Positions 15,827-28,319 of a stretch of 64,000 bases of DNA are shown here, piece by piece (position 1 is the first letter of the stretch; each line of letters opens with the position of its first letter). The stretch is from Eledone cirrhosa. Taxonomy: Eukaryota. The DNA lies in the NCBI GenBank assembly GCA_964016885.1, contig OZ024743.1, positions 134,416,001-134,480,000 on the forward strand, given 5' to 3'. The translations under genes were made by a program, and so were the position numbers. The notes beneath the pieces were generated by a model, which had not been told where the DNA came from, searched no databases, and was given only the letters and a program-made list of their open reading frames with translations.

Positions 15827-15866
15827 ACCAAGCACCAAGCACCAAGCTTGGTGCTTGGTGCTTGGT
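15827..15866. other. Strand-switch junction 1 (C-rich to G-rich): perfect 40-bp palindrome centred on AAGCTT (15844-15849)
   Basis: accaagcaccaagcaccaag|cttggtgcttggtgcttggt: 20-bp arms, no spacer; first mismatch at 15826/15867. Confidence 0.97.
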
Positions 15867-16194
15867 GCTTGGTGTTTGGTGCTTGGTGCTTGGTGCTTGG
15901 TGTTTGGTGCTTGGTGCTTGGTGCTTGCTCTTTGGTGGTTGCTGTTTGGTGCTTGGTGTTTGGTGCTTGGTGCTTGGTGCTGGGTGGTTGGTGTTTGGTG
16001 CTTGGTGCTTGGTGTTTGGTGCTTGGTGCTTGGTGCTTGTTGTTTGGTGCTTGGTGCTTGGTCTTTGGTGCTTGGTGTTTGGTGTTTGGTGATTGGTGCT
16101 TGGTGCTTGGTGCTTGGTGTTTGGTGCTTGGTGATTAGTGTTTGGTGCTTGGTGCTTGGGGTTTGGTGTTTTGTGCTTAGTGCTTGGTGTTTGG

Positions 16195-16642
16195 TGTTTG
16201 GTGTTTGCTGTTTGGTGTCTGCTTTTTGGTATTTGGTGTTTGCTGTATGGTGTTTGCTGTTTCGTATTTGGTGTTTGCTGTTTGGTGTTTGGTGTTTGGT
16301 GTTTGGTGCTTGGTGTTTGGTGCCTGGTGCTTGGTGTTTGGCGTTTGGTGTTTGGTGTTTGGTGCTTGGTGCCTGGTGCTTGTTGTTTGGTGTTTGGTAC
16401 TTGGTGCTTGGTGTTTGGTGTTTGGTGTTTGCTGTTTGGTGTCTGCTTTTTGGTATTTGGTGTTTGCTGTATGGTGTTTGCTGTTTCGTATTTGGTGTTT
16501 GCTGTTTGGTGTTTGGTGTTTGGTGTTTGGTGCTTGGTGTTTGGTGCCTGGTGCTTGGTGCTTGGTGTTTGGTGTTTGGTGTTTGGTGCTTGGTGCCTGG
16601 TGCTTGTTGTTTGGTGTTTGGTACTTGGTGCTTGGTGTTTGG
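16195..16642 (-). repeat. Tandem duplication, period 224 bp (32 monomers)
   Basis: gtctgctttttggtatt at 16217 and 16441; the tac of ggtac at 16398 and 16622. Confidence 0.88.
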
Positions 16643-17149
16643 TGTTTGGTGCTTGGTGTCTGGTGTTTGGTGCTTGGTGTTTGGTGTTTGGTGCTTGGTG
16701 CTTGGTGTTGGTGTTTGGTGTTTGGTGCTTGGTGCTTGGTGTTTTGTGTTTGGTGCTTAGTGCTTGGTGTTTGGTGTTTGGTGCTTGGTGTTTGGTGTTT
16801 GGTGTTTGATGCTTGGTTTTTGCTGCTTGGTGCTTGGTGCTTGGTGCTTGGTGTTCTGTGTTTGGTGCTTGATGCTTGGTGCCTGGTGCTTGGTGCTTGG
16901 TGCTTGTTGTTTGGTGCTTGGTGCTTGGTGATTAGTGTTTGGTGCTTGGTGCTTGGTGTTTGGTGTTTGGTGTTTCGTGCTTGGTGTCTAGTGTTTGGGT
17001 TTTGGTGTTTGGTGCTTGGTGCTTGGTGTTTAGTGTTTGGTGCTTGGTGCTTGGTGTTTGGTGATTGGTGCTTGGTGTTTGGTGCTTGGTGCTTTGTGCT
17101 TGGTGTTTGGTGCTGGGTGCTTGGTGTTTGGTGCTTGGTGCTTGGTGTT

Positions 17150-20100
17150 TGGTGTTTGGTGCTTGGTACTTGGTGTTTGGTGTGTGATGCTTGGTGTTTG
17201 ATGCGAGTTGCTTGGTGCTTGGTGTTTTGTGTTTGGTGTTTGGTGCTTGGTGTATGTACTTGGTGCTTGGTGCTTGGTGTTTGGTGCTTGGTTCTTGGTG
17301 TTTGGTGCTTGGTGCTTGGTGCTTGGTGTTTGGTGCTTGGTGCTTGGTGTTTGGTGCTTGGTGTTTGGTGTTTGGTGCTTGGTGTTTGGTGCTTGGTGCT
17401 TGGTGCTTGGTGTTAAGTGTTTGGTGCTTGGTGCTTGGTGTTTGGTGCTTCGTGCTTGGTGCTTGGTGTTTGGTGCATGGTGCTTGGTGTTTGGGGCTTG
17501 GTGCCTGGTGCTTTGTGTTTGGTGCTAGGTGCTTGGTGCTTGGTCTTTGGTGTTTGGTGCTTGGTGCTTGGTGTTTGGTGCTAGGTGTTTGGTGTTTGGT
17601 GTTCAGTGCTTGGTGCTTGGTGCTTGGTGCTTGGTGTTAGGTGTTTGGTGCTTGGTGCTTGGTGTTTGATGTTTGGTCCTTGGTGCTTGGTGTTTGGTGT
17701 TTGGTGCTTGGTGCTTGGTGTTTCGTGTTTGGTGCTTGCTGCTTGCTGCTTGGTGTTTGGTGCTTGGTGATTGGTGCTTGGTGTTTGGTGCTTGGTGCTT
17801 GGTGTTTGGTGTTTCGTGCTATGTGCTTGGTGCTTGGTGCTTGGTGTTTGGTGCTTGGTGCTTGGTGTTTGGTGTTTGGTGCTTGATGCTTGGGGCCTGG
17901 TGTTTGGTGCTTGGTGCTTGGTGCTTGGTGTTTGGTGCTTGGTGCTTGGTGCTTGGTGTTTGGTGTTTGGTGTTTGGTGCTTGGTGTTTTGTGCTTGGTG
18001 CTTGTTGCTGGGTGGTTGGTGTTTGGTGCTTGGTGCTTGGTGTTTGGTGCTTGGTGCTTGGTGCTTATTGTTTGGTGATTGGTGCTTGGTGCTTGGTGCT
18101 TGGTGTTTGGTGTTTGGTGTTTGGTGTTTGGTGCTTGGTGCTTGGTGCTTGGTGTTTGGTGCTTGGTGTTTGGTGCTTGGTGCTTGGTGCTTGGTTATTA
18201 GTGTTTGGTGCTTGGTGCTTGGGGTTTGGTGTTTGGTGCTTGGTGTTTGGTGTTTGGTGTTTGCTGTATGGTGTTTGCTGTTTCGTGTTTGGTGTTTGCT
18301 GTTTGGTGTTTAATGCTTGGTGCTTGGTGCTTGGTGTTTGGTGCTTGGTGTTTGGTGTTTGGCGTTTGCTGTTTGCTGTTTGGTGTTTGGTGCTTGCTGT
18401 TTGGTGCTTGGTGCTTGGTGCTGGTTGGTTGGTGTTTGGTGCTTGGTGCTTGGTGTTTGGTGCTTGGTGCTTGGTGCTTGTTGTTTGGTGCTTGGTGTTT
18501 GGTGTTTGGTGCTTGGTGCTTGGTGCTTGGTGTTTGGTGCTTGGTGCTTGGTGCTTGGTGTTTGGTGGTTGGTGCTTGGTGATTAGTGTTTGGTGCTTGA
18601 TGCTTGGGGTTTGGTGTTTTGTGCTTAGTGCTTGGTGTTTGGTGTTTGCTGTTTGGTGTCTGCTTTTTGGTATTTGGTGTTTGCTGTATGGTGTTTGCTG
18701 TTTCGTATTAGGTGTTTGCTGTTTGGTGTTTGGTGTTTGGTGTTTGGTGCTTGGTGTTTGGTGCTTGGTGCTTGGTGTTTGGCGTTTGGTGCTTGGTGCT
18801 TGGTGTTTGGTGCTTGGTGCTTGGTGTTTGGTGTTTGGTGCTTGGTGTTTGGTGTTTGGTGCTTGGTACTTGGTGTTTGGTGTGTGAAGCTTGGTGATTG
18901 ATGCTTGTTGCTTGGTGCTTGGTGTTTGCTGTTTGGTGTTTGGTGCTTGGTGTATGTACTTGGTGCTTGGTGCTTGGTGTTTGGTGCTTGGTTCTTGGTG
19001 TTTGGTGCTTGGTGCTTGGTGCTTGGTGTTTGGTGCTTGGTGCTTGGTGTTTGGTGCTTGGTGTTTGGTGTTTGGTGCTTGGTGTTTGGTGCTTGGTGCC
19101 TGTTGCTTGGTGTTAAGTGTTTGGTGCTTGGTGCTTGGTGTTTGGTGCTTCGTGCTTGGTGCTTGGTGTTCGGTGCATGGTGCTTGGTGTTTGGGGCTTG
19201 GTGCCTGGTGCTTTGTGTTTGGTGCTAGGTGCTTGGTGCTTGGTCTTTGGTGTTTGGTGCTTGGTGCTTGGTGTTTGGTGCTAGGTGTTTGGTGCTTGGT
19301 GTTCGGTGCTTGGTGCTTGGTGCTTGGTGCTTGGTGTTAGGTGTTTGGTGCTTGGTGCTTGGTGTTTGATGTTTGGTCCTTGGTGCTTGGTGTTTGGTGT
19401 TTGGTGCTTGGTGCTTGGTGTTTCGTGTTTGGTGCTTGCTGCTTGCTGCTTGGTGTTTGGTGCTTGGTGATTGGTGCTTGGTGCTTGGTGATTGGTGCTT
19501 GGTGTTTGGTGCTTGGTGCTTGGTGTTTGGTGTTTGGTGCTTGGTGCTTGGGGCTTGGTGTTTGGTGCTTGGTGTTTGGTGCTTGGTGTTTGGTGCTTGG
19601 TGCTTGGTGCTTGGTGTTTGGTGTTTGGTGTTTGGTGCTTGGTGTTTTGTGCTTGGTGCTTGTTGCTGGGTGGTTGGTGTTTGGTGCTTGTTGCTTGGTG
19701 TTTGGTGCTTGGTGCTTGGTGCTTATTGTTTGGTGATTGGTGCTTGGTGCTTGGTGCTTGGTGTTTGGTGCTTGGTGCTTGGTGCTTGGTGTTTGGTGCT
19801 TGGTGCTTGGTGCTTGGTTATTAGTGTTTGGTGCTTGGTGCTTGGGGTTTGGTGTTTGGTGCTTGGTGTTTGGTGTTTGGTGTTTGCTGTATGGTGTTTG
19901 CTGTTTCGTGTTTGGTGTTTGCTGTTTGGTGTTTAATGCTTGGTGCTTGGTGCTTGGTGTTTGGTGCTTGGTGCTTGGTGTTTGGTGCTTGGTGCTTGGT
20001 GCTTGTTGTTTGGTGCTTGGTGCTTGGTCTTTGGTGCTTGGTGTTTGGTGTTTGGTGCTTGGTGCTTGGTGCTTGGTGTTTGGTGCTTGGTGCTTGGTGC

Positions 20101-20150
20101 TTGGTGTTTGGTGGTTGGTGCTTGGTGATTAGTGTTTGGTGCTTGATGCT
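17150..20150 (-). repeat. Diverged higher-order duplication, offset 1700 bp drifting to about 1623 bp
   Basis: tgtatgtact at 17251 and 18951; ORF pairs 17191/18891 and 17641/19341 offset 1700; 18205/19828 offset 1623. Confidence 0.85.
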
Positions 20151-22147
20151 TGGGGTTTGGTGTTTTGTGCTTAGTGCTTGGTGTTTGGTGTTTGCTGATT
20201 GGTGTCTGCTTTTTGGTATTTGGTGTTTGCTGTAAGGTGTTTGCTGTTTCGTATTTGGTGTTTGCTGTTTGGTGTTTAGTGTTTGGTGTTTGGTGTTTGG
20301 TGCTTGGTGCTTGGTGCTTGGTGTTTAGTGTTTGGTGTTTGGTGCTTGGTGTTTGGTGCTTGGTGCTTGGTGCTGGGTGGTTGGTGTTTGGTGCTTGGTG
20401 CTTGGTGCTTGGTGTTTGGTGCTTGGTGCTTGGTGCTTGTTGTTTGGTGCTTGGTGCTTGGTGCTTGGTCTTTGGTGCTTGGAGTTTGGTGTTTGCTGTT
20501 TGGTGTTTGCTGTTTGGTGTTTGGTGCTTGGTGCTTGGTGGCTGGTGTTTGGTGCTTGGTGTTTGGATTTTGGTGCTTGGTGCTTGGTGCCTGGTGTTTC
20601 GTGCTTGGTGCTTGGTGCTTGGTGTTTGGTGTTTGGTGCTTGGTGTTTGGTGTTTGGTACTTGGTGCTTGGTGCTTGGTGCTTGGTGTTTGGTGCTTGGT
20701 GCTTGGTGATTGGTGTTTGATGCTGCGTGTCTTGGTGTTTGGTGCTTGGTGCTTGGTGTTTGGTGTTTGGTGTTTGCTGTTTGGTGTTTGCTGTTTGGTG
20801 TCTGCTTTTTGGTGTTTGGTGTTTGCTGTATGGTGTTTGCTGTTTCGTATTTGGTTTATGCTGTTTGGTGTTTGGTGTTTGTTGTTTGATGCTGCGTGCT
20901 TGGTGTTTGGTGTTTGGTGCTTTGTGCTTGGTGCTTGGTGTTTGGCATTTGGTGCTTGGTGCTTGGTGTTTGGTGCTTGGTGCTTGGTGCTTGGTGTTTG
21001 GTGTTTGGTGCTTGGTGCCTGGTGCTTGTTGTTTGGTGTTTGGTGCTTAGTGCTTGGTGTTTGGTGTTTGGTGCTTGGTGCTTGGTGGCTGGTGGTTGGT
21101 GCTTGGTGTTTGGTGTTTGGTGTTTGGTGCTTGGTGCTTGGTGCCTGGTGTTTGGTGCCTGGTGCTTGGTGCTTGTTGTTTGGTATTTGGTGCTTGGTGT
21201 TTGGTGTTTGGTACTTGGTGCTTGGTGCTTGGTGCTTGGTGTTTGGTCCTTGGTGCTTGGTGCTTGGTCTTTGCTGCTTGGGGTTTGGTGTTTGGTGCTT
21301 GGTGCTTGGTGTTTGGTGCCTGGTGCTTGGTGCTTGGTGTTTGGTGTTTAATGCTTGGTGCTTGGTGCTTGGTGTTTGGTACTTGGTGCTTGGTGCTTGG
21401 TGTTTGGCATTTGCTGTTTGCTGTTTGGTGTTTGGTGCTTGCTGTTTGGTGTTTGGTGTTTGGTGTTTGGTGTTTGGTGCTTGCTGTTTGGTGTTTGGTA
21501 CTTGGTGCTTGGTGATTAGTGTTTGGTGCATGGTCCTTGGTGTTTGTTGTTTGGTGTTTGGTGCTTGGTGTTTGGTGCTTGGTGCTTGCTGTTTGGTGGT
21601 TGGTGCTTGGTGTTTGGTGTTTGGTGTTTGGTGCTTGGTGCTTGGTGTTTGGTCCTTGGTGCTTGGTGCTTGGTCTTTGCTGCTTGGGGTTTGGTGTTTG
21701 GTGCTTGGTGCTTGGTGCTTGGTGTTTGGTGCTTGGTGCTTGGTGCTTGGTGTTTGGTGTTTGGTGCTTGCTGCTTGGTGCTTGGTGCTTGGTGTTTGGT
21801 GATTGGTGCTTGGTGCTTGGTGTTTGGCGTTTGCTGTTTGCTGTTTGGTGTTTGGTGTTTGCTGTTTGGTGTTTGCTGTTTGGTGTTTGGTGCTTGGTGC
21901 TTGGTGGCTGGTGTTTGGTGCTTGGTGTTTGGATTTTGGTGCTTGGTGCTTGGTGCCTGGTGTTTCGTGCTTGGTGCTTGGTGCTTGGTGTTTGGTGTTT
22001 GGTGCTTGGTGTTTGGTGTTTGGTACTTGGTGCTTGGTGCTTGGTGCTTGGTGTTTGGTGCTTGGTGCTTGGTGATTGATGTTTGATGCTGCGTGTCTTG
22101 GTGTTTGGTGTTTGGTGCTTGGTGCTTGGTGTTTGGTGTTTGGAGCT

Positions 22148-25100
22148 TGGTGCCTGGTGCTTGTTGTTTGGTGCCTGGTGCTTGTTTTTTGGTGTTTGGT
22201 GTTTGGTGCTTGGTGTTTGGTGCTTGGTGCTTGGTGCTTGGTGTTTGGTGCTTAGTGCTTGGTGTTTGGTGCTTGGTGCTTGGTGTTTGGTGCTTGGTGC
22301 TTGGTGGTTGGTGCTTGGTGTTAGGTGTTTGGTGCTTGGTGCTTGGTGTTTGATGTTTGGTCCCTGGTGCTTGGTGTTTGGTGTTTGGTGCTTGGTGCTT
22401 GGTGTTTGGTGTTTGGTGCTTGCTGCTTGGTGCTTGGTGTTTTGTGTTTGGAGTTTGGTGTTGGTGTTTGGTGCTTCGGTCTTGGTGCTTGGTGTTTGGT
22501 GCTTGGTGCTTGGTGTTTGGTGCTTGGTGCCTGGTGCTTGGTGTTTGGTGCTTGGTGCTTGGTGTTTGGTGATTGGTGCTTGGTGTTTGGTGCTTGGTGC
22601 TTGGTGCTTGGTGCTTGGTGTTAGGTGTTTGGTGCTTGGTGCTTGGTGTTTGATGTTTGGTGCTTGGTGCTTGGTGTTTGGTGTTTGGTGCTTGGTGCTT
22701 GGTGTTTGGTGTTTGGTGCTTGCTGCTTGCTGCTTGGTGTTTGGTGCTTGGTGATTGGTGCTTGGTGTTTTGTGCTTGGTGCTTGGTGTTTGGTGTTTGG
22801 TGCTAGGGGCTTGGTGCTTGGTGCTTGGTGTTTGGTGCTTGGTGCTTGCTGTTTGGTGTTTGGTGCTTGGTGCGTTGGACTTAGTGTTTGGTGTTTGGTG
22901 CTTGGTGTTTGGTGCTTGGTGTTTGGGGCTTGGTGTTCGGTGCTTGGTGCTTGGTGCTTGGGGCTTGGTGTTTGGTGTTTGGTGCTTGGTGCTTGGTGTT
23001 TGATGTTGGGTCCTTGGTGCTTGGTGTTTGGTCTTTGGTGCTTGGTGTTTGGTGTTTGGTGCTTGGTGCTTGATGTTTGGTGTTTGGTGCTTGGTGCTTG
23101 GGGCTTGGTGTTTGGTGCTTGGTGCTTGGTGTTTGGTGTTTGGTGCTTGGTGCTTGGGGCTTGGTGTCTGGTGCTTGGTGCTTGGAGCTTGGTGTTTAGT
23201 GTTTGGTGTTTGGTGCTTGGTGTTTGGTGCTTGGTGCTTGGTGCTGGGTGGTTGGTGTTTGGTGCTTGGTGCTTGGTGTTTGGTGCTTGGTGCTTGGTGC
23301 TTGTTGTTTGGTGCTTGGTGCTTGGTGCTTGGTCTTTGGTGCTTGGAGTTTGGTGGTTGGTGCTTGGTGCTTGGTGTTTGGTGTTTGGTGTTTGGTGTTT
23401 GCTGTTTGGTGTTTGGTGCTTGGTGCTTGGTGGCTGGTGTTTGGTGCTTGGTGTTTGGATTTTGGTGCTTGGTGCTTGGTGCCTGGTGTTTCGTGCTTGG
23501 TGCTTGGTGCTTGGTGTTTGGTGTTTGGTGCTTGGTGTTTGGTGTTTGGTACTTGGTGCTTGGTGCTTGGTGCTTGGTGTTTGGTGCTTGGTGCTTGGTG
23601 ATTGGTGTTTGATGCTGCGTGTCTTGGTGTTTGGTGTTTGGTGCTTGGTGCTTGGTGTTTGGTGTTTGGAGCTTGGTGCCTGGTGTTTGCTGTTTGGTGT
23701 CTGCTTTTTGGTGTTTGGTGTTTGCTGTATGGTGTTTGCTGTTTCGTATTTGGTTTTTGCTGTTTGGTGTTTGGTGTTTGCTGTTTGGTGTTTGGTGTTT
23801 GGTGCTTGGTGCTTGGTGTTTGGTGCCTGGTGCTTGGTGCTTGGTTCTTGGCGTTTGCTGTTTGCTGTTTGCTGTTTGGTGCTTGCTGTTTGGTGTTTGG
23901 TGTTTGGTGTTTGGTGTTTGGTGCTTGCTGTTTGGTGTTTGGTGCTTGGTGCTTGGTGATTAGTGTTTGGTGCATGGTCCTTGGTGTTTGTTGTTTGGTG
24001 CTTGGTGCTTGGTGTTTGGTGCTTGGTGTTTGGTGTTTGGTGCTTGGTGCTTGGTGTTTGGTGCTTGGTGCTTGGTGCTGGGTGTTTGGTGCTTGGTGCT
24101 TGGTGTTTGGTGCTTTGTGCTTGGTGCTTGGTGCTTGGTGTTTGGTCCTTGGTGCTTGGTGCTTGGTCTTTGGTGCTTGGGGTTTGGTGTTTGGTGCTTG
24201 GTGCTTGGTGTTTGGTGCTTGGTGCTTGGTGCTTGGTGCTTGGTGCTTGGTGTTTGGTGTTTGGTGCTTACTGCTTGGTGCTTGGTGTTTGGTGCTTGGT
24301 GCTTGCTGTTTGGTGTTTGGTGTTTGGTGCTTGGTGCTTGGTGTTTGGTGTTTGGTGTTTGGTGATTGGTGTTTGGTGCTTGGTGCTTGGTGTTTGGTGC
24401 TTGGTGCTTGGTGCTTGTTGTTTGGTGTTTGGTGCTTGGTGCCTGGTGCTTGTTGTTTGGTGTTTGGTGCTTAGTGCTTGTTGTTTGGTGTTTGGTGCTT
24501 GGTGCTTGGTGGCTGGTGTTTGGTGCTTGGTGTTTGGTGTTTGGTGCTTGGTGCTTGGTGCCTGGTGTTTGGTGCCTGGTGCTTGGTGCTTGGTGTTTGG
24601 TGTTTGGCGCTTGGTGTTTGGTGTTTGGTACTTGGTGCTTGGTGCTTGGTGCTTGGTGTTTGGTGCTTGGTGCTTGGTGCTGGGTGATTAGTGTTTGGTG
24701 CTTGGTGCTTGGGGTTTGCTGTATGGTGCCTGGTGCTTGTTGTTTGGTGCCTGGTGCTTGTTTTTTGGTGTTTGGTGTTTGGTGCTTGGTGTTTGGTGCT
24801 TGGTGCTTGGTGCTTGGTGTTTGGTGCTTAGTGCTTGGTGTTTGGTGCTTGGTGCTTGGTGTTTGGTGCTTGGTGCTTGGTGGTTGGTGCTTGGTGTTAG
24901 GTGTTTGGTGCTTGGTGCTTGGTGTTTGATGTTTGTTCCCTGGTGCTTGGTGTTTGGTGTTTGGTGCTTGGTGCTTGGTGTTTGGTGTTTGGTGCTTGCT
25001 GCTTGGTGCTTGGTGTTTTGTGTTTGGAGTTTGGTGTTGGTGTTTGGTGCTTCGGTCTTGGTGCTTGGTGTTTGGTGCTTGGTGCTTGGTGTTTGGTGCT

Positions 25101-27305
25101 TGGTGCCTGGTGCTTGGTGTTTGGTGCTTGGTGCTTGGTGTTTGGTGATTGGTGCTTGGTGTTTGGTGCTTGGTGCTTGGTGCTTGGTGCTTGGTGTTAG
25201 GTGTTTGGTGCTTGGTGCTTGGTGTTTGATGTTTGGTGCTTGGTGCTTGGTGTTTGGTGTTTGGTGCTTGGTGCTTGGTGTTTGGTGTTTGGTGCTTGCT
25301 GCTTGCTGCTTGGTGTTTGGTGCTTGGTGATTGGTGCTTGGTGTTTTGTGCTTGGTGCTTGGTGTTTGGTGTTTGGTGCTAGGGGCTTGGTGCTTGGTGC
25401 TTGGTGTTTGGTGCTTGGTGCTTGCTGTTTGGTGTTTGGTGCTTGGTGCGTTGGACTTAGTGTTTGGTGTTTGGTGCTTGGTGTTTGGTGCTTGGTGTTT
25501 GGGGCTTGGTGTTCGGTGCTTGGTGCTTGGTGCTTGGGGCTTGGTGTTTGGTGTTTGGTGCTTGGTGCTTGGTGTTTGATGTTGGGTCCTTGGTGCTTGG
25601 TGTTTGGTCTTTGGTGCTTGGTGTTTGGTGTTTGGTGCTTGGTGCTTGATGTTTGGTGTTTGGTGCTTGGTGCTTGGGGCTTGGTGTTTGGTGCTTGGTG
25701 CTTGGTGTTTGGTGTTTGGTGCTTGGTGCTTGGGGCTTGGTGTCTGGTGCTTGGTGCTTGGAGCTTGGTGTTTAGTGTTTGGTGTTTGGTGCTTGGTGTT
25801 TGGTGCTTGGTGCTTGGTGCTGGGTGGTTGGTGTTTGGTGCTTGGTGCTTGGTGTTTGGTGCTTGGTGCTTGGTGCTTGTTGTTTGGTGCTTGGTGCTTG
25901 GTGCTTGGTCTTTGGTGCTTGGAGTTTGGTGGTTGGTGCTTGGTGCTTGGTGTTTGGTGTTTGGTGTTTGGTGTTTGCTGTTTGGTGTTTGGTGCTTGGT
26001 GCTTGGTGGCTGGTGTTTGGTGCTTGGTGTTTGGATTTTGGTGCTTGGTGCTTGGTGCCTGGTGTTTCGTGCTTGGTGCTTGGTGCTTGGTGTTTGGTGT
26101 TTGGTGCTTGGTGTTTGGTGTTTGGTACTTGGTGCTTGGTGCTTGGTGCTTGGTGTTTGGTGCTTGGTGCTTGGTGATTGGTGTTTGATGCTGCGTGTCT
26201 TGGTGTTTGGTGTTTGGTGCTTGGTGCTTGGTGTTTGGTGTTTGGAGCTTGGTGCCTGGTGTTTGCTGTTTGGTGTCTGCTTTTTGGTGTTTGGTGTTTG
26301 CTGTATGGTGTTTGCTGTTTCGTATTTGGTTTTTGCTGTTTGGTGTTTGGTGTTTGCTGTTTGGTGTTTGGTGTTTGGTGCTTGGTGCTTGGTGTTTGGT
26401 GCCTGGTGCTTGGTGCTTGGTTCTTGGCGTTTGCTGTTTGCTGTTTGCTGTTTGGTGCTTGCTGTTTGGTGTTTGGTGTTTGGTGTTTGGTGTTTGGTGC
26501 TTGCTGTTTGGTGTTTGGTGCTTGGTGCTTGGTGATTAGTGTTTGGTGCATGGTCCTTGGTGTTTGTTGTTTGGTGCTTGGTGCTTGGTGTTTGGTGCTT
26601 GGTGTTTGGTGTTTGGTGCTTGGTGCTTGGTGTTTGGTGCTTGGTGCTTGGTGCTGGGTGTTTGGTGCTTGGTGCTTGGTGTTTGGTGCTTTGTGCTTGG
26701 TGCTTGGTGCTTGGTGTTTGGTCCTTGGTGCTTGGTGCTTGGTCTTTGGTGCTTGGGGTTTGGTGTTTGGTGCTTGGTGCTTGGTGTTTGGTGCTTGGTG
26801 CTTGGTGCTTGGTGCTTGGTGCTTGGTGTTTGGTGTTTGGTGCTTACTGCTTGGTGCTTGGTGTTTGGTGCTTGGTGCTTGCTGTTTGGTGTTTGGTGTT
26901 TGGTGCTTGGTGCTTGGTGTTTGGTGTTTGGTGTTTGGTGATTGGTGTTTGGTGCTTGGTGCTTGGTGTTTGGTGCTTGGTGCTTGGTGCTTGTTGTTTG
27001 GTGTTTGGTGCTTGGTGCCTGGTGCTTGTTGTTTGGTGTTTGGTGCTTAGTGCTTGTTGTTTGGTGTTTGGTGCTTGGTGCTTGGTGGCTGGTGTTTGGT
27101 GCTTGGTGTTTGGTGTTTGGTGCTTGGTGCTTGGTGCCTGGTGTTTGGTGCCTGGTGCTTGGTGCTTGGTGTTTGGTGTTTGGCGCTTGGTGTTTGGTGT
27201 TTGGTACTTGGTGCTTGGTGCTTGGTGCTTGGTGTTTGGTGCTTGGTGCTTGGTGCTGGGTGAATAGTGTTTGGTGCTTGGTGCTTGGGGTTTGCTGTAT
27301 GGTGC
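22148..27305 (-). repeat. Higher-order repeat, two full copies, period 2576 bp (368 x 7)
   Basis: Identical ORF pairs 22625-23959/25201-26535, 23196/25772 and 24478/27054, all offset 2576; marker tgcgttggacttag at 22871 and 25447. Confidence 0.95.
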
Positions 27306-28319
27306 TTGGTGCTTGGTGTTTGGTGCTTGGTGTTTTGTGTTTGGTGTTTGGTGCTTGGTGTATGTACTTGGTGCTTGGTGCTTGGTGTTTGGTGCTTGGT
27401 GCTTGGTGTTTTGTGTTTGGTGTTTGGTGCTTGGTGTATGTACTTGGTGCTTGGTGATTGGTGTTTGGTGCATGGTGCTTGATGTTTGGGGCTTGGTGCC
27501 TGGTGCTTGGTGTTTGGTGCTTGGTGCTTGGTGCTTGGTGTTTGGTGTTTGGTGCTTGTTGCTTGGTGTTTGGTGCTTGGTGTTTGGTGCTTGGTGTTCG
27601 GTGCTTGGTGCTTGGTGCTTGGTACTTGGTGTTAGGTTTTTGGTGCTTGGTGCTTGGTGTTTGATGTTTGGTCCTTGGTGCTTGGTGTTTGGTGTTTGGT
27701 GCTTGGTGCTTGGTGTTTCGTGTTTGGTGCTTGCTGCTTGCTGCTTGGTGTTTGGTGCTTGGTGATTGGTGCTTGGTGTTTGGTGCTTGGTGCTTGGTGC
27801 TTGGTGTTTGGTGTTTGGTGCTAGGTGCTTGGTGCTTGGTGCTTGGTGTTTGGTGCTTGGTGCTTGGTGTTTGGTGTTTGGTGCTTGGTGCTTGGGGCTT
27901 GGTGTTTGGTGCTTGGTGCTTGCTGTTTGGTGCTTGGTGCTTGGTGCTTGGTGCTTGGTGCTTGGTGTTTGGTGCTTGGTGTTTGGTGCTGGGTGGTTGA
28001 TGTTTGGTGCTTGGTGCTTGGTGTTTGGTGCTTGGTGCTTTGTGCTTATTGTTTGGTGCTTGGTGCTTGGTGCTTGGTCTTTGGTGTTTGGTGTTTGGTG
28101 TTTGTGCTTGGTGCTTGGTGCTTGGTGTTTGGTGCTAGGTGCTTGACGCTTGGTGTTTGGTGCTTGGTGCTTGGTGCTTGGTGATTAGTGTTTGGTGCTT
28201 GGGGTTTGGTGTTCGGTGTTTGCTGTTTGGTGTTTGCTGTTTGGTGTCTGCTGTTTGGTGTTTGTTGTTTTGTGTTTCGTGTTTGCTGTTTGGTATTTGG
28301 TGCTTGGTGCTTGGTGCTT

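Larger units (their letters stand above)
1..15846 (+). repeat. 7-bp satellite array, block 1, C-rich orientation (CACCAAG/CACCAAA); runs off the left edge
   Basis: Continuous tandem CACCAA(A/G) with scattered variants (CAGCAAA, CGCCAAA, CACTAAA, TACCAAG, CACCAAT); very few T on the + strand. Confidence 0.99.

Noticed and set aside
15700-16000. Junction 1 as a simple read fold-back artefact
   Set aside because: The variant pattern stops mirroring after 20 bp, whereas a fold-back chimera would mirror for kilobases. A misjoin still needs read-level exclusion.
14960-16138. Two-domain ORF (polar repeat then hydrophobic tail) resembling a membrane-anchored protein
   Set aside because: It is read-through of the inversion junction at 15846/15847.
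20150-21802. Hydrophobic W/C/L/V/G ORFs as membrane proteins
   Set aside because: They are translations of the G-rich satellite strand, overlapping in all three frames.
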